DNA of 24,000 nt from Acholeplasma brassicae (GCF_000967915.1 NC_022549.1:708366-732365), one strand, 5' to 3'. Counted from the stretch's first letter, positions 1 through 8,144 are shown. The notes: generated from the sequence alone by a model not told the origin. Numbers and translations are program-made.

Positions 1-2
1 AA

Positions 3-1910
3 CGCTACGATGCATTTCGTAACAAACCAATGTCTGACCGTTCTAACTATGATGAGTTTAAAGCCACCATGGTTTCAAATGAAGCTAGAAAAGAACTCTT
101 TGGCAGTGACGTCGTCATTGATCACACACGTAAATACGAAGATGAACGTAAAAAAGAAACACAAATAGAGATACCATTTCAAAAGACCAAACAAGAACCA
201 GAGAATTTTGTTGATCAATATCGAAATGAGCCAGTCGTTGTGATGCCTAAAATAAGCTCTACGGATTTTAATTTAGAAAAAGAAGAGGTAATTCAAAAAC
301 CAACCATCGAAACAGCCAAAAAGACAGATTTGGTGTTTGAACGACGATTTAAACCCGAAGAAGTCCAAACCAGTGAGCAAACAAACATCAAAGAACCGGT
401 TGAGAAAAAGCCATTTCAAGCACATAAAGAAGAACCTAAGTTTACTAAACCAGAAACATTTGTTAATCAGCAGGTACAAAAGAAAGTCGTTTCAAAACCG
501 ACCTATCGCTTTCCAAATCCGCAGATGTTTTCTAAAATCACGCGTGATCAAAATGCAAGACCTGATTGGTTAGTCACACAAGAAGCTGTCGTCAACCAAA
601 CACTCGATTTGTTTGGTGTGCCAGGTAAAGTACATAACATCACAAAAGGACCAACCGTCACACGACACGAAGTCGAATTAGAGCCTGGTGTCAATGTCAA
701 AGAAATGACGCGAATTAAAGATAACCTGATGATGAATTTGGCTGCTAAAACGCTACGCATTGAAGCGCCAATTCCAGGCAAGAGTTTTGTCGGGATTGAG
801 ATACCAAATACCGTGCCAGAAATCGTTGCTTTCGGTAACGTTATTGACGATGAATCATTCTTAAACGATACTGACCATCCTCTAAAAGTTGCACTTGGTG
901 TGGACATTGATGGTAATAACATTTACGCAGACATTCAAAAAATGCCGCACGGGTTGATTGCTGGTGCGACCAATAGTGGTAAGAGCGTCTGTGTGAATAC
1001 AATCATCGTGAGTTTATTGTTAAAGAATCACCCTGACGATTTAAAGTTTATATTAATTGACCCTAAAATGGTTGAGCTTAGCATTTATGATGAACTGCCT
1101 CATTTATTGACGCCGGTAATCACAGATCCTAAAATGGCCGCAACTGCGCTTTCTTGGGCGGTTGAAGAAATGGATAAACGGTTTGTTAAGTTTGCAGCAA
1201 ACCGCGCGAAAGACTTAAACAGTTATAACCAAAAAGCGATTGAAAATCCATCAATTGAAAAAATGCCATACATCATCATCATCATAGATGAACTTGCTGA
1301 CTTAATGATGGTTTCAGCAAACGACGTTGAAGACGCGATTCAGCGCTTAACCCAAAAAGCCAGAGCCGCAGGCATCCATCTGTTAGTGGCCACACAACGT
1401 CCAACAACCGACGTGGTCAAAGGCACAATTAAAGCCAACATTCCAACGAGAATTGCATTTAAAGTGGCGTCTTTTACAGACTCAACGACAATACTTGATG
1501 GGGCAGGGGCAGAGCAGTTACTCGGTCGTGGGGATATGCTTTATAAAACGGCAGAGAGACCACTTCGTTTACAAGGCGCTTATTTAAAAGATAGCGAAAT
1601 CGAACGAGTGACTGATTTTATCCGTGAACAATTGCCGCCAAATTATGTGTTCGATCATGAATCATTAAAATCTTTCTCAATTAGTAAAGAAAAAATGGAA
1701 TCCGACGAATTATTAATGGACGTTGCACGCTTTGTTGTTAGTGAACAAAAAGCATCCATCAACGCCATCCAACAAAATTTTAACGTGGGATTTAACCGAG
1801 CACAACGATTAATGGAAATGCTTGAAAATAGCAATATTGTATCTAAAGGCGAAGGTAACAAACCAAGAGAAGTATTGGCATCGCTACAAGAATTGGAAAA
1901 TCTAATATGA
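3..1910 (+). CDS. ftsK: DNA translocase FtsK/SpoIIIE family, 5' partial (frame open to window edge)
   Basis: Frame is open upstream of the listed ATG (RYDAFRNKP-MSDRSN...); Walker A GATNSGKS, Walker B IIIIIDELADLMM, ATQRPTTDVVKG motif, C-terminal winged-helix gamma-like domain (DELLMDVARFVVSEQKASINAIQQNFNVGFNRAQRLME). Confidence 0.93.
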   Translation, partial: RYDAFRNKPMSDRSNYDEFKATMVSNEARKELFGSDVVIDHTRKYEDERKKETQIEIPFQKTKQEPENFVDQYRNEPVVVMPKISSTDFNLEKEEVIQKPTIETAKKTDLVFERRFKPEEVQTSEQTNIKEPVEKKPFQAHKEEPKFTKPETFVNQQVQKKVVSKPTYRFPNPQMFSKITRDQNARPDWLVTQEAVVNQTLDLFGVPGKVHNITKGPTVTRHEVELEPGVNVKEMTRIKDNLMMNLAAKTLRIEAPIPGKSFVGIEIPNTVPEIVAFGNVIDDESFLNDTDHPLKVALGVDIDGNNIYADIQKMPHGLIAGATNSGKSVCVNTIIVSLLLKNHPDDLKFILIDPKMVELSIYDELPHLLTPVITDPKMAATALSWAVEEMDKRFVKFAANRAKDLNSYNQKAIENPSIEKMPYIIIIIDELADLMMVSANDVEDAIQRLTQKARAAGIHLLVATQRPTTDVVKGTIKANIPTRIAFKVASFTDSTTILDGAGAEQLLGRGDMLYKTAERPLRLQGAYLKDSEIERVTDFIREQLPPNYVFDHESLKSFSISKEKMESDELLMDVARFVVSEQKASINAIQQNFNVGFNRAQRLMEMLENSNIVSKGEGNKPREVLASLQELENLI

Positions 1911-2710
1911 AATTAAAAAATGCATTAGAAGAATTAAAATTAAATGAAACCGAACAAGAAAGTGAAGCGATTAATGTCGTTTCTAAGACCATTGATAAAA
2001 AACTACGTCAACTATTAGTCTATTTAATTTTTGTCAGTGTCTTAACACTGTTATTTACGGTACTTGGATTTGGTTCATTTACCGATCAAAAATATAAAGT
2101 ACTAATCATCATTACAAGCGCACTACTTTCATTAATCGTCGCTTACTATTTGCCATCTAAAGAGGCTTTAGTAACTAAAGAGAGCACACTAAGTCGGTTT
2201 AAGCGAATCGATTTAATCCATTTCTTTTTATTATCAACCTATTTTGTGTTTATTCTAATATCGTTTGTTGTTCGAACAGCGGTAGTTGAAGGCACATCCA
2301 TGGAAACAACGCTTTTTGGTGGGGATAAAATCATCGCATACCACATGAATTATTCACCTAAACGAGACGACGTTGTGATTGTCGATATGAAAGAACATAA
2401 TTTCGAACAAATTTATTACGTTAAACGACTCATTGGGCTGCCAGGTGATAAAATACAGTTCGATCGTTTAAATGGGAAATTATACATAAACGATGAGCTC
2501 AAACAAGACGTACCACCAGAGTATCGAGAGTCACTTGCACAAACCCTAAACGGACTTTCGAATGACTTGATACCTAAAGGGTCTTATTTCATTCTAGGTG
2601 ACAATATTCAAACCTCGCTTGACTCAAGACGAATCGGTTTTATCAAAGAAGAACAATTGGTTGGAAAAGTATTGCTACGCTTTTCTCCCAAATTTGAGGT
2701 GATTTCATGA
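1907..2710 (+). CDS. lepB: Signal peptidase I with extra N-terminal hydrophobic segments
   Basis: EGTSMETTLFGGDKI (catalytic Ser box), YYVKRLIGLPGD (catalytic Lys box), GDNIQTSLDSRRIGFI; ATGA overlap with upstream gene. Confidence 0.92.
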   Translation: MKLKNALEELKLNETEQESEAINVVSKTIDKKLRQLLVYLIFVSVLTLLFTVLGFGSFTDQKYKVLIIITSALLSLIVAYYLPSKEALVTKESTLSRFKRIDLIHFFLLSTYFVFILISFVVRTAVVEGTSMETTLFGGDKIIAYHMNYSPKRDDVVIVDMKEHNFEQIYYVKRLIGLPGDKIQFDRLNGKLYINDELKQDVPPEYRESLAQTLNGLSNDLIPKGSYFILGDNIQTSLDSRRIGFIKEEQLVGKVLLRFSPKFEVIS

Positions 2711-3558
2711 AGCAAGTACAATGGTTCCCTGGACATATGTCTAAAGCCTTAAGAGAAATAAAAGAGAATTTAAAAAAAGTCGACATCGTATTTATCTTAC
2801 TTGATGCAAGATTACCTGAGTCATCGATGAATCCAAAAATTAAAGAGATTATAGGAAATAAACCGGCATTAATATTGTTTAATAAATCGAGCTTAGCCGA
2901 TCAATCTGAACTCGATAAGTGGTTGAACTTCTATCAAAAAGAAGGCTTCAGTTCACTGAAAATTGATGCAATTACCGGAAAAAATATCCGTAAAATAAAA
3001 CCTTTATCGGATGAGATATTAAAACCACTACTTGAAAAAGAAAAAAAACGCGGCATGCAAAGAAGAGCCATTCGGACAATGATTATTGGTATTCCTAACG
3101 TAGGGAAATCGACGCTAATTAACACATTATCTCGTAAGAAAGCAACAAGAACAGGTAATACCCCTGGAGTTACTAAAGCCCAACAATGGGTTAAAATTTC
3201 AGAGGATTTTGAATTACTCGATACCCCAGGTGTGTTATGGCCAAAGTTTGAAGACGAGAAAGTTGGTTATCACTTAGCACTTTCTGGCGCGATTAAAGAT
3301 ACCATTTTACCAAATGAAGAAATTGCATTTTATGCCCATCATTTCCTAAAAACCTACTACAAAGAAGAACTCAAGAAACGTTACCAATTAAATGAGGTCT
3401 TAGAACCCATCGACACGTTTAGCGAAATTGGTCGAAAACGTGGTGCGTTAATTAAGGGTAACGAAGTGAACTATGACACAGTTTATGAGTTATTACTAAA
3501 AGACCTGCGTGATGGTAACTTAGGAGGAATTACATTTGACCGATATCAATCTTTATGA
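2707..3558 (+). CDS. rbgA: Ribosome biogenesis GTPase RbgA/YlqF (circularly permuted GTPase)
   Basis: QWFPGHMSKALREI, NKSSLAD, GIPNVGKSTLINTL, DTPGVLWPK order typical of YlqF; followed by rnhB. Confidence 0.94.
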   Translation: MKQVQWFPGHMSKALREIKENLKKVDIVFILLDARLPESSMNPKIKEIIGNKPALILFNKSSLADQSELDKWLNFYQKEGFSSLKIDAITGKNIRKIKPLSDEILKPLLEKEKKRGMQRRAIRTMIIGIPNVGKSTLINTLSRKKATRTGNTPGVTKAQQWVKISEDFELLDTPGVLWPKFEDEKVGYHLALSGAIKDTILPNEEIAFYAHHFLKTYYKEELKKRYQLNEVLEPIDTFSEIGRKRGALIKGNEVNYDTVYELLLKDLRDGNLGGITFDRYQSL

Positions 3559-4162
3559 ATTTGAAGACAAATTGAATAGCCACGGTTTCAATTTTGTTTG
3601 TGGCACAGATGAAGCAGGCAGAGGACCGCTTGCAGGTCCTGTGGTCGCTTGTGCAATCATCTTAAAAAAAGGTGCAAAACTACCTGGTGTGGATGACTCA
3701 AAAAAGCTAAGCGAAAAAAAACGAAATGCGCTCATCGGTTTGATTAAAGAACAAGCCCTTGCCATCAGTATTTCAATGGTTTCACCACAAGAAATTGACC
3801 AAGTTAATATCTATCGCTCGGCTAAAAATGCAATGATTTCAGCCATTAAAGGACTAAAGATAAAACCGGATTACGTCCTTGCTGATGCAATGATGCTTGA
3901 AGAAGAAATAGGGATTCCTACTGAATCACTGATTAAAGGCGATCAACGATCGATTAGCATCGCTGCGGCATCAATCATTGCTAAGGTAACTAGAGATCAA
4001 TACATGAAAGAAATGGATGAACTCTTTCCACAATACGGATTTCAAAAACACAAAGGATACCCAACGAAAGCCCACGTTGAAGCCATCAAAGAACATGGCA
4101 TTTGTCCGATTCACAGAAAAACATTTGAACCGATAAAGTCCATGCTTGGAGGCTTAAAGTGA
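3536..4162 (+). CDS. rnhB: Ribonuclease HII
   Basis: GTDEAGRGPLAGPVVACAI, DDSKKLSEKKR, AAASIIAKVTRD, QKHKGYPTKAH; adjacent to rbgA. Confidence 0.93.
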   Translation: MTDINLYEFEDKLNSHGFNFVCGTDEAGRGPLAGPVVACAIILKKGAKLPGVDDSKKLSEKKRNALIGLIKEQALAISISMVSPQEIDQVNIYRSAKNAMISAIKGLKIKPDYVLADAMMLEEEIGIPTESLIKGDQRSISIAAASIIAKVTRDQYMKEMDELFPQYGFQKHKGYPTKAHVEAIKEHGICPIHRKTFEPIKSMLGGLK

Positions 4163-5220
4163 TCAAGAAAACCATCAAAATCCTAATCAGTTTTCTCTTG
4201 ATCACATTAATATCAATCGTGTTGTTGGATATTCTTCCTATTTCTCGCACCTACGACAAAGACAATACGTTCATCAGAAAAAATGAACGGCCACTCATTA
4301 TACCGCATGGTGGGGCCAAAGCACTTTACCCTGAAAATACGTTACATGCATTTAAAAATACGGATCAATACGACATGTTTGAAATTGATTTAACGCTAAC
4401 CAAAGATTTAGTATTGATTGCCCATCACGATTTAGACTTAAGACATGATTTAAATCGTTCTTTGTTTCAACCTGACCTACTAATCAAAAATCTAACCTAT
4501 CAAGAAATTGTGTCGATAATCAAAGATAACAACTACCCTTATGTTCGATCGTTTGTTAACATTGATGGACAAAAACCTTATGAAAATGAAATGGACCAAT
4601 CAATTCTTGACGAGCTGATTCCAGTCAAACTTGAAACGATTTTTTCACTTTATCCGAACAAATACTATATTTTAGAAATCAAAGACTTACAAGATGAAAC
4701 CACGCAGTTTGAAAAAGCTGTTGAGGCCTTGATGACGTTAATTACTAACTATGACATGAAAGATAACGTCATTGTCTCATCCTTTGATGATGAAGTAATC
4801 AAAGCATTTAAACGGTTGTCGAATAACGAAATTACAACCTCAACCGCCTCAAAAGAAACAATGAACTTTGTATTGTTTAGTGCATTTAGTCTAGACTTCT
4901 TTTATAAACCGACCGATGCCTTGCTAATCATACCCTTTGAAGATCAAGTCAGTGATTCACAAGTCAGTCTATTAAAGAAATTGCCAGGTTTTATTCGAAG
5001 TAAAATTGTTCGATACGATGAGGTTGAAGAACGATATTTAACCAATATTGCACAAAAGTCTCTCATCGAGGATGCAAGAGAAAAGAACTTAGCGGTCATT
5101 TTTTGGACAGTCAATGAAAAAGAAGATATGAGGTACCTCGTAGAGCTTGGTGTCGATGGCATCATCACGGATCGACCAGACTTATTAGAAGAAGTACTTA
5201 ATGAATATGAATTCAATTAA
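4159..5220 (+). CDS. Glycerophosphodiester phosphodiesterase family protein with N-terminal membrane anchor
   Basis: PHGGAKALYPENTLHAF, FEIDLTLTKDLVLIAHHD, ILEIKD, FWTVNEKEDMRYLVELGVDGIITDRPDLL; N-terminal hydrophobic helix. Confidence 0.88.
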   Translation: MIKKTIKILISFLLITLISIVLLDILPISRTYDKDNTFIRKNERPLIIPHGGAKALYPENTLHAFKNTDQYDMFEIDLTLTKDLVLIAHHDLDLRHDLNRSLFQPDLLIKNLTYQEIVSIIKDNNYPYVRSFVNIDGQKPYENEMDQSILDELIPVKLETIFSLYPNKYYILEIKDLQDETTQFEKAVEALMTLITNYDMKDNVIVSSFDDEVIKAFKRLSNNEITTSTASKETMNFVLFSAFSLDFFYKPTDALLIIPFEDQVSDSQVSLLKKLPGFIRSKIVRYDEVEERYLTNIAQKSLIEDAREKNLAVIFWTVNEKEDMRYLVELGVDGIITDRPDLLEEVLNEYEFN

Positions 5221-5222
5221 TC

Positions 5223-5256
5223 GAAATCGCCTGTTTACTCTAGGCGATTTCTTTTT
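5223..5256 (+). terminator. Intrinsic terminator after GDPD gene
   Basis: GAAATCGCCT-GTTTACTCT-AGGCGATTTC followed by TTTTT. Confidence 0.85.
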
Positions 5257-5344
5257 AGAGTAAAAGAGGCGTTTCTAAGATAAATATAGTAATGGACAAA
5301 AAAAGATATATATAATATATAGAAAGAAACGCATTGTTTTTGGC

Positions 5345-5373
5345 TTGACACAAGAAAATTTCAACTATATAAT
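5345..5373 (+). promoter_or_regulatory. Sigma-A type promoter for topA
   Basis: TTGACA (5345-5350), 17-bp spacer, TATAAT (5368-5373), 25 nt before topA ATG. Confidence 0.85.
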
Positions 5374-5398
5374 ATACAAATGCGAAAGAAGTGATTAA

Positions 5399-7216
5399 AT
5401 GAAAACAGTAATAATAGTAGAATCACCATCAAAATCAAAGACCATCGCTAACTACGTCGGTAACGATACCGTCGTTTTAGCAACCGTTGGTCATATCAGA
5501 GAATTAGCTACCTCAGGTACCTATGGTTTGGGTATAGATCTTGCAAATGATTTTAAACCTAATTATAAAGTATCTAAAGGCAAGGAAAAAGTAATCAAAG
5601 AATTAATCAAGCAAACTCAAAAGAGTAACGTCTTGATTGCAACCGACCCGGACCGTGAAGGTGAAGCAATCGCGTGGCACGTCGCAGACATTTTGAATTT
5701 AGACTTGGATCAAGATAACCGTATCACCTTTAACGAAGTAACAAAAGAGGCGGTTTTAAAGGCAGTAAGCGAGCCAAGAAAGATTGATCGCGACCTAGTC
5801 CATTCTCAAGAAGCAAGACGCATCTTAGACCGAATTATTGGTTTTAGACTTTCCAAGCTTTTACAACAAAAAATAGGTTCTAAATCCGCAGGGCGTGTTC
5901 AAAGCGTTGCCCTTAAAATGATCGTAGACCTAGAAAAAGAAATTCTTGCCTTTGTGCCACAAGAATATCACTTACTACATGCGAACTTTGATACGTTTAT
6001 CGCTGACTACTCACAAAATTCGAGTAAGTCAGTCAAAACGGAAATTGAAGCTCAAGCAATCATTAATAAGCTTCAAGGGCCATTTAGAGTAAAAGACATA
6101 CAAACCAAAAAACTCACACGCGCCTCGAACCCAGCCTACGTTACCTCGACACTACAACAAGACGGGATTAATAAACTTGGCTACAGTGGGTCACGTGTGA
6201 TGGGTATTGCACAAGGCCTGTATGAAGGTAAAGAAATCAAAGACGAAACCGTTGGTTTGATTACCTACATGAGAACAGACTCAACAAGACTATCGGATGA
6301 GTTTATCAAAGATGCATTCGGTGAAATCGCACGTTTGTATGGTAAAGAATACATTGGTAAACCAAAAGTTGGTAAGAAAAAAGCAAATCAACAAGACGCT
6401 CATGAAGCGATCAGACCAACCTCAATTAAACGCACACCAGAATTAATGAAACCGTATTTAACCGATCAAGAGTATAAAGTGTATAAACTGATTTATGAAC
6501 GAGCACTCTTCTCGCTAATGGCGGATGCGATTTATGAAGTGACGTCGGTTGAGCTAGAAAATCACGATGAAATATTCAAAGCGTCGGCATCAAAACTTGT
6601 CTTTGAAGGTCATCACAAGGCGAACAAAAACTATGAACCGGCCAAACAAACCCTACCAAAACTGGCCATTGGTGATGAATTAAATGCAACTGAAATCACT
6701 TCAGTTCAACAATTTACCAAACCAAAATCAAGGTATACAGAAGCAAGCCTAATTAAAGATTTAGAAGAACTCGGTGTTGGACGACCTTCAACTTACGCGG
6801 AAATCAATAAAACACTATTGGCACGCCAATACGTTGAAAAAACAAAAGGATCACTCATTCCGACAGAACAAGGCATCATTACATCCGAGGCACTTGATAA
6901 ATATTTCTCGTCAATTATTAACACAGAATATACGCAATTCATGGAAAATGAGTTAGATGAAATCTCGGTAGGGAAAAAAGTTTGGAACGTTGAATTAATG
7001 GACTTTTACAAACGTTTTGAGCCAATATTAGAAGAAGCATTTAAAGATATGGTTAAACTGCCACCAAAAGAAGTCGGCGAACTTTGTCCAAATTGTTTTC
7101 GATCACTGGTCATTAGAAACAATAAAAAAGGCCAAGCATTCATTGCATGTTCCGGGTTTACTCAAAAACCACAATGTACTTACACAAGAAGCATTGAAGA
7201 AAAGAAACCAGAATAA
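5399..7216 (+). CDS. topA: DNA topoisomerase I with a single C-terminal zinc finger
   Basis: VIIVESPSKSKTIANYV, ITYMRTDSTRLS active-site region, AHEAIRPTS; C-terminal CPNC...C...C zinc-finger-like motif. Confidence 0.95.
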   Translation: MKTVIIVESPSKSKTIANYVGNDTVVLATVGHIRELATSGTYGLGIDLANDFKPNYKVSKGKEKVIKELIKQTQKSNVLIATDPDREGEAIAWHVADILNLDLDQDNRITFNEVTKEAVLKAVSEPRKIDRDLVHSQEARRILDRIIGFRLSKLLQQKIGSKSAGRVQSVALKMIVDLEKEILAFVPQEYHLLHANFDTFIADYSQNSSKSVKTEIEAQAIINKLQGPFRVKDIQTKKLTRASNPAYVTSTLQQDGINKLGYSGSRVMGIAQGLYEGKEIKDETVGLITYMRTDSTRLSDEFIKDAFGEIARLYGKEYIGKPKVGKKKANQQDAHEAIRPTSIKRTPELMKPYLTDQEYKVYKLIYERALFSLMADAIYEVTSVELENHDEIFKASASKLVFEGHHKANKNYEPAKQTLPKLAIGDELNATEITSVQQFTKPKSRYTEASLIKDLEELGVGRPSTYAEINKTLLARQYVEKTKGSLIPTEQGIITSEALDKYFSSIINTEYTQFMENELDEISVGKKVWNVELMDFYKRFEPILEEAFKDMVKLPPKEVGELCPNCFRSLVIRNNKKGQAFIACSGFTQKPQCTYTRSIEEKKPE

Positions 7217-7222
7217 ACTAGG

Positions 7223-7252
7223 AAAATCAGCTAAAAACAGCTGATTTTTTTA
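7223..7252 (+). terminator. Intrinsic terminator after topA
   Basis: AAAATCAGCT-AAAAAC-AGCTGATTTT + T run. Confidence 0.88.
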
Positions 7253-7311
7253 ATACATGGCACCTCAAAAAATGCCTCAACTTTAGAAAACTAAAAAACA
7301 CGATAAAACGC

Positions 7312-7343
7312 TTTACAAACGCTTACAAACGTGATAATATAAT
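7312..7343 (+). promoter_or_regulatory. Candidate promoter of an intergenic RNA
   Basis: TTTACA (7312-7317) with AT-rich -10 region TAATATAAT (TAATAT 7335-7340 gives 17-bp spacing; TATAAT 7338-7343 gives 20 bp). Confidence 0.5.
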
Positions 7344-7349
7344 AATGCA

Positions 7350-7452
7350 TCCGACAAAGGGTGCTACTTATCCCCTATTAAGTGTGAACTGATAACTCAC
7401 ACAATCCCCTTAATTATCCCCCGACTTTTACCCTCGGGGGAGATTTTTTTTT
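7350..7452 (+). ncRNA. Candidate C-rich small RNA (about 100 nt) with its own terminator
   Basis: No supported ORF; hairpin GCATCC/GGGTGC (one G-U), hairpin GTGTGA(7382-7387)/TCACAC(7397-7402), unpaired UCCCC patches at 7371-7375 and 7405-7409, and terminator TCCCCCGA(7417-7424)/TCGGGGGA(7434-7441) followed by T9. Confidence 0.6.
7417..7452 (+). terminator. Strong intrinsic terminator of candidate sRNA
   Basis: 8-bp GC-rich stem, 9-nt loop CTTTTACCC, GA then 9 T. Confidence 0.88.
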
Positions 7453-7558
7453 ATTTAAGCTAAATTTAACAAGTCGACGTTTGATCAAATACAGTTCAAC
7501 CAAATAAACTAAGTGCGTATCGTTTTTTATTTTAGCTGTAATTACATATAATAGTTTT

Positions 7559-7607
7559 GGAGGCATACTCAAAAAAAAACAAAAATGAGTATGAATAAAA
7601 ATCTATG
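7559..7607 (+). promoter_or_regulatory. tpx leader: distant GGAGG separated from ATG by a hairpin
   Basis: GGAGG 7559-7563, CATACTC 7564-7570 pairs with GAGTATG 7587-7593, ATG 7605; TATAAT at 7547-7552 upstream. Confidence 0.45.
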
Positions 7608-8099
7608 ACAAAAACAATGAAAAATAATCCTATCGAGGTCATCGGAACGGTATTAAACGTTGGCGATAAGGCAAGCGACTTCACCTGTGTTGACCGTAGT
7701 TTAAACAAAGTATCACTTTCTGATTTTAATTCCAAGTACGTATTAATCAACGTCGTACCATCACTTGATACGGGTGTTTGTGACATGCAAACAAGACAAA
7801 TCAACGAAAAATTAGCTGATTTGAAAGACACAACCGTTTTAACAATTTCAAATGACTTACCTTTTGCCCAAGCCAGATGGTGTGGTGCCGCAGGTTTAGA
7901 TAATATCCTCACATTAAGTGATTATCAAACGCTTGATTTTGCGAACAAGTATGGTGTAAACATCGTTGGATTACGTTTACTTGCACGCTCAGTGTTTGTA
8001 TTAAATGAACAAAGAGAAGTCATCTATGTGGAGTATTTAAATGAAATGACGAATCACCCGAATTACAGCCAATTATTTGACTTTATCGAAACCCTATAA
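7605..8099 (+). CDS. tpx: Thiol peroxidase (atypical 2-Cys peroxiredoxin); start could be 7605 or 7617
   Basis: NVVPSLDTGVCDMQTRQIN (peroxidatic Cys), SNDLPFAQARWCGAAGLDN (resolving Cys). Confidence 0.94.
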   Translation: MTKTMKNNPIEVIGTVLNVGDKASDFTCVDRSLNKVSLSDFNSKYVLINVVPSLDTGVCDMQTRQINEKLADLKDTTVLTISNDLPFAQARWCGAAGLDNILTLSDYQTLDFANKYGVNIVGLRLLARSVFVLNEQREVIYVEYLNEMTNHPNYSQLFDFIETL

Positions 8100-8127
8100 C
8101 CAAAAGTTTTCTTTTGGTTTTTTTTTT
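8100..8127 (+). terminator. Intrinsic terminator after tpx
   Basis: CCAAAAG-TTTT-CTTTTGG followed by T10. Confidence 0.88.
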
Positions 8128-8144
8128 CATCACTATGTGAAATA

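Noticed and set aside
273-922. Antisense ORFs 273..479, 548..922 and overlapping + ORF 337..573
   Set aside because: Fully inside the strongly supported ftsK frame; low-complexity shadow translations without RBS or family motifs.
7350-7452. 4.5S/6S RNA, preQ1, fluoride, ZTP or SAM riboswitch interpretation of the topA-tpx intergenic element
   Set aside because: None of the conserved motifs I know for these families is visible, and the strong terminator plus a further ~150 nt before tpx argues for a stand-alone RNA. A covariance search would be needed for certainty.
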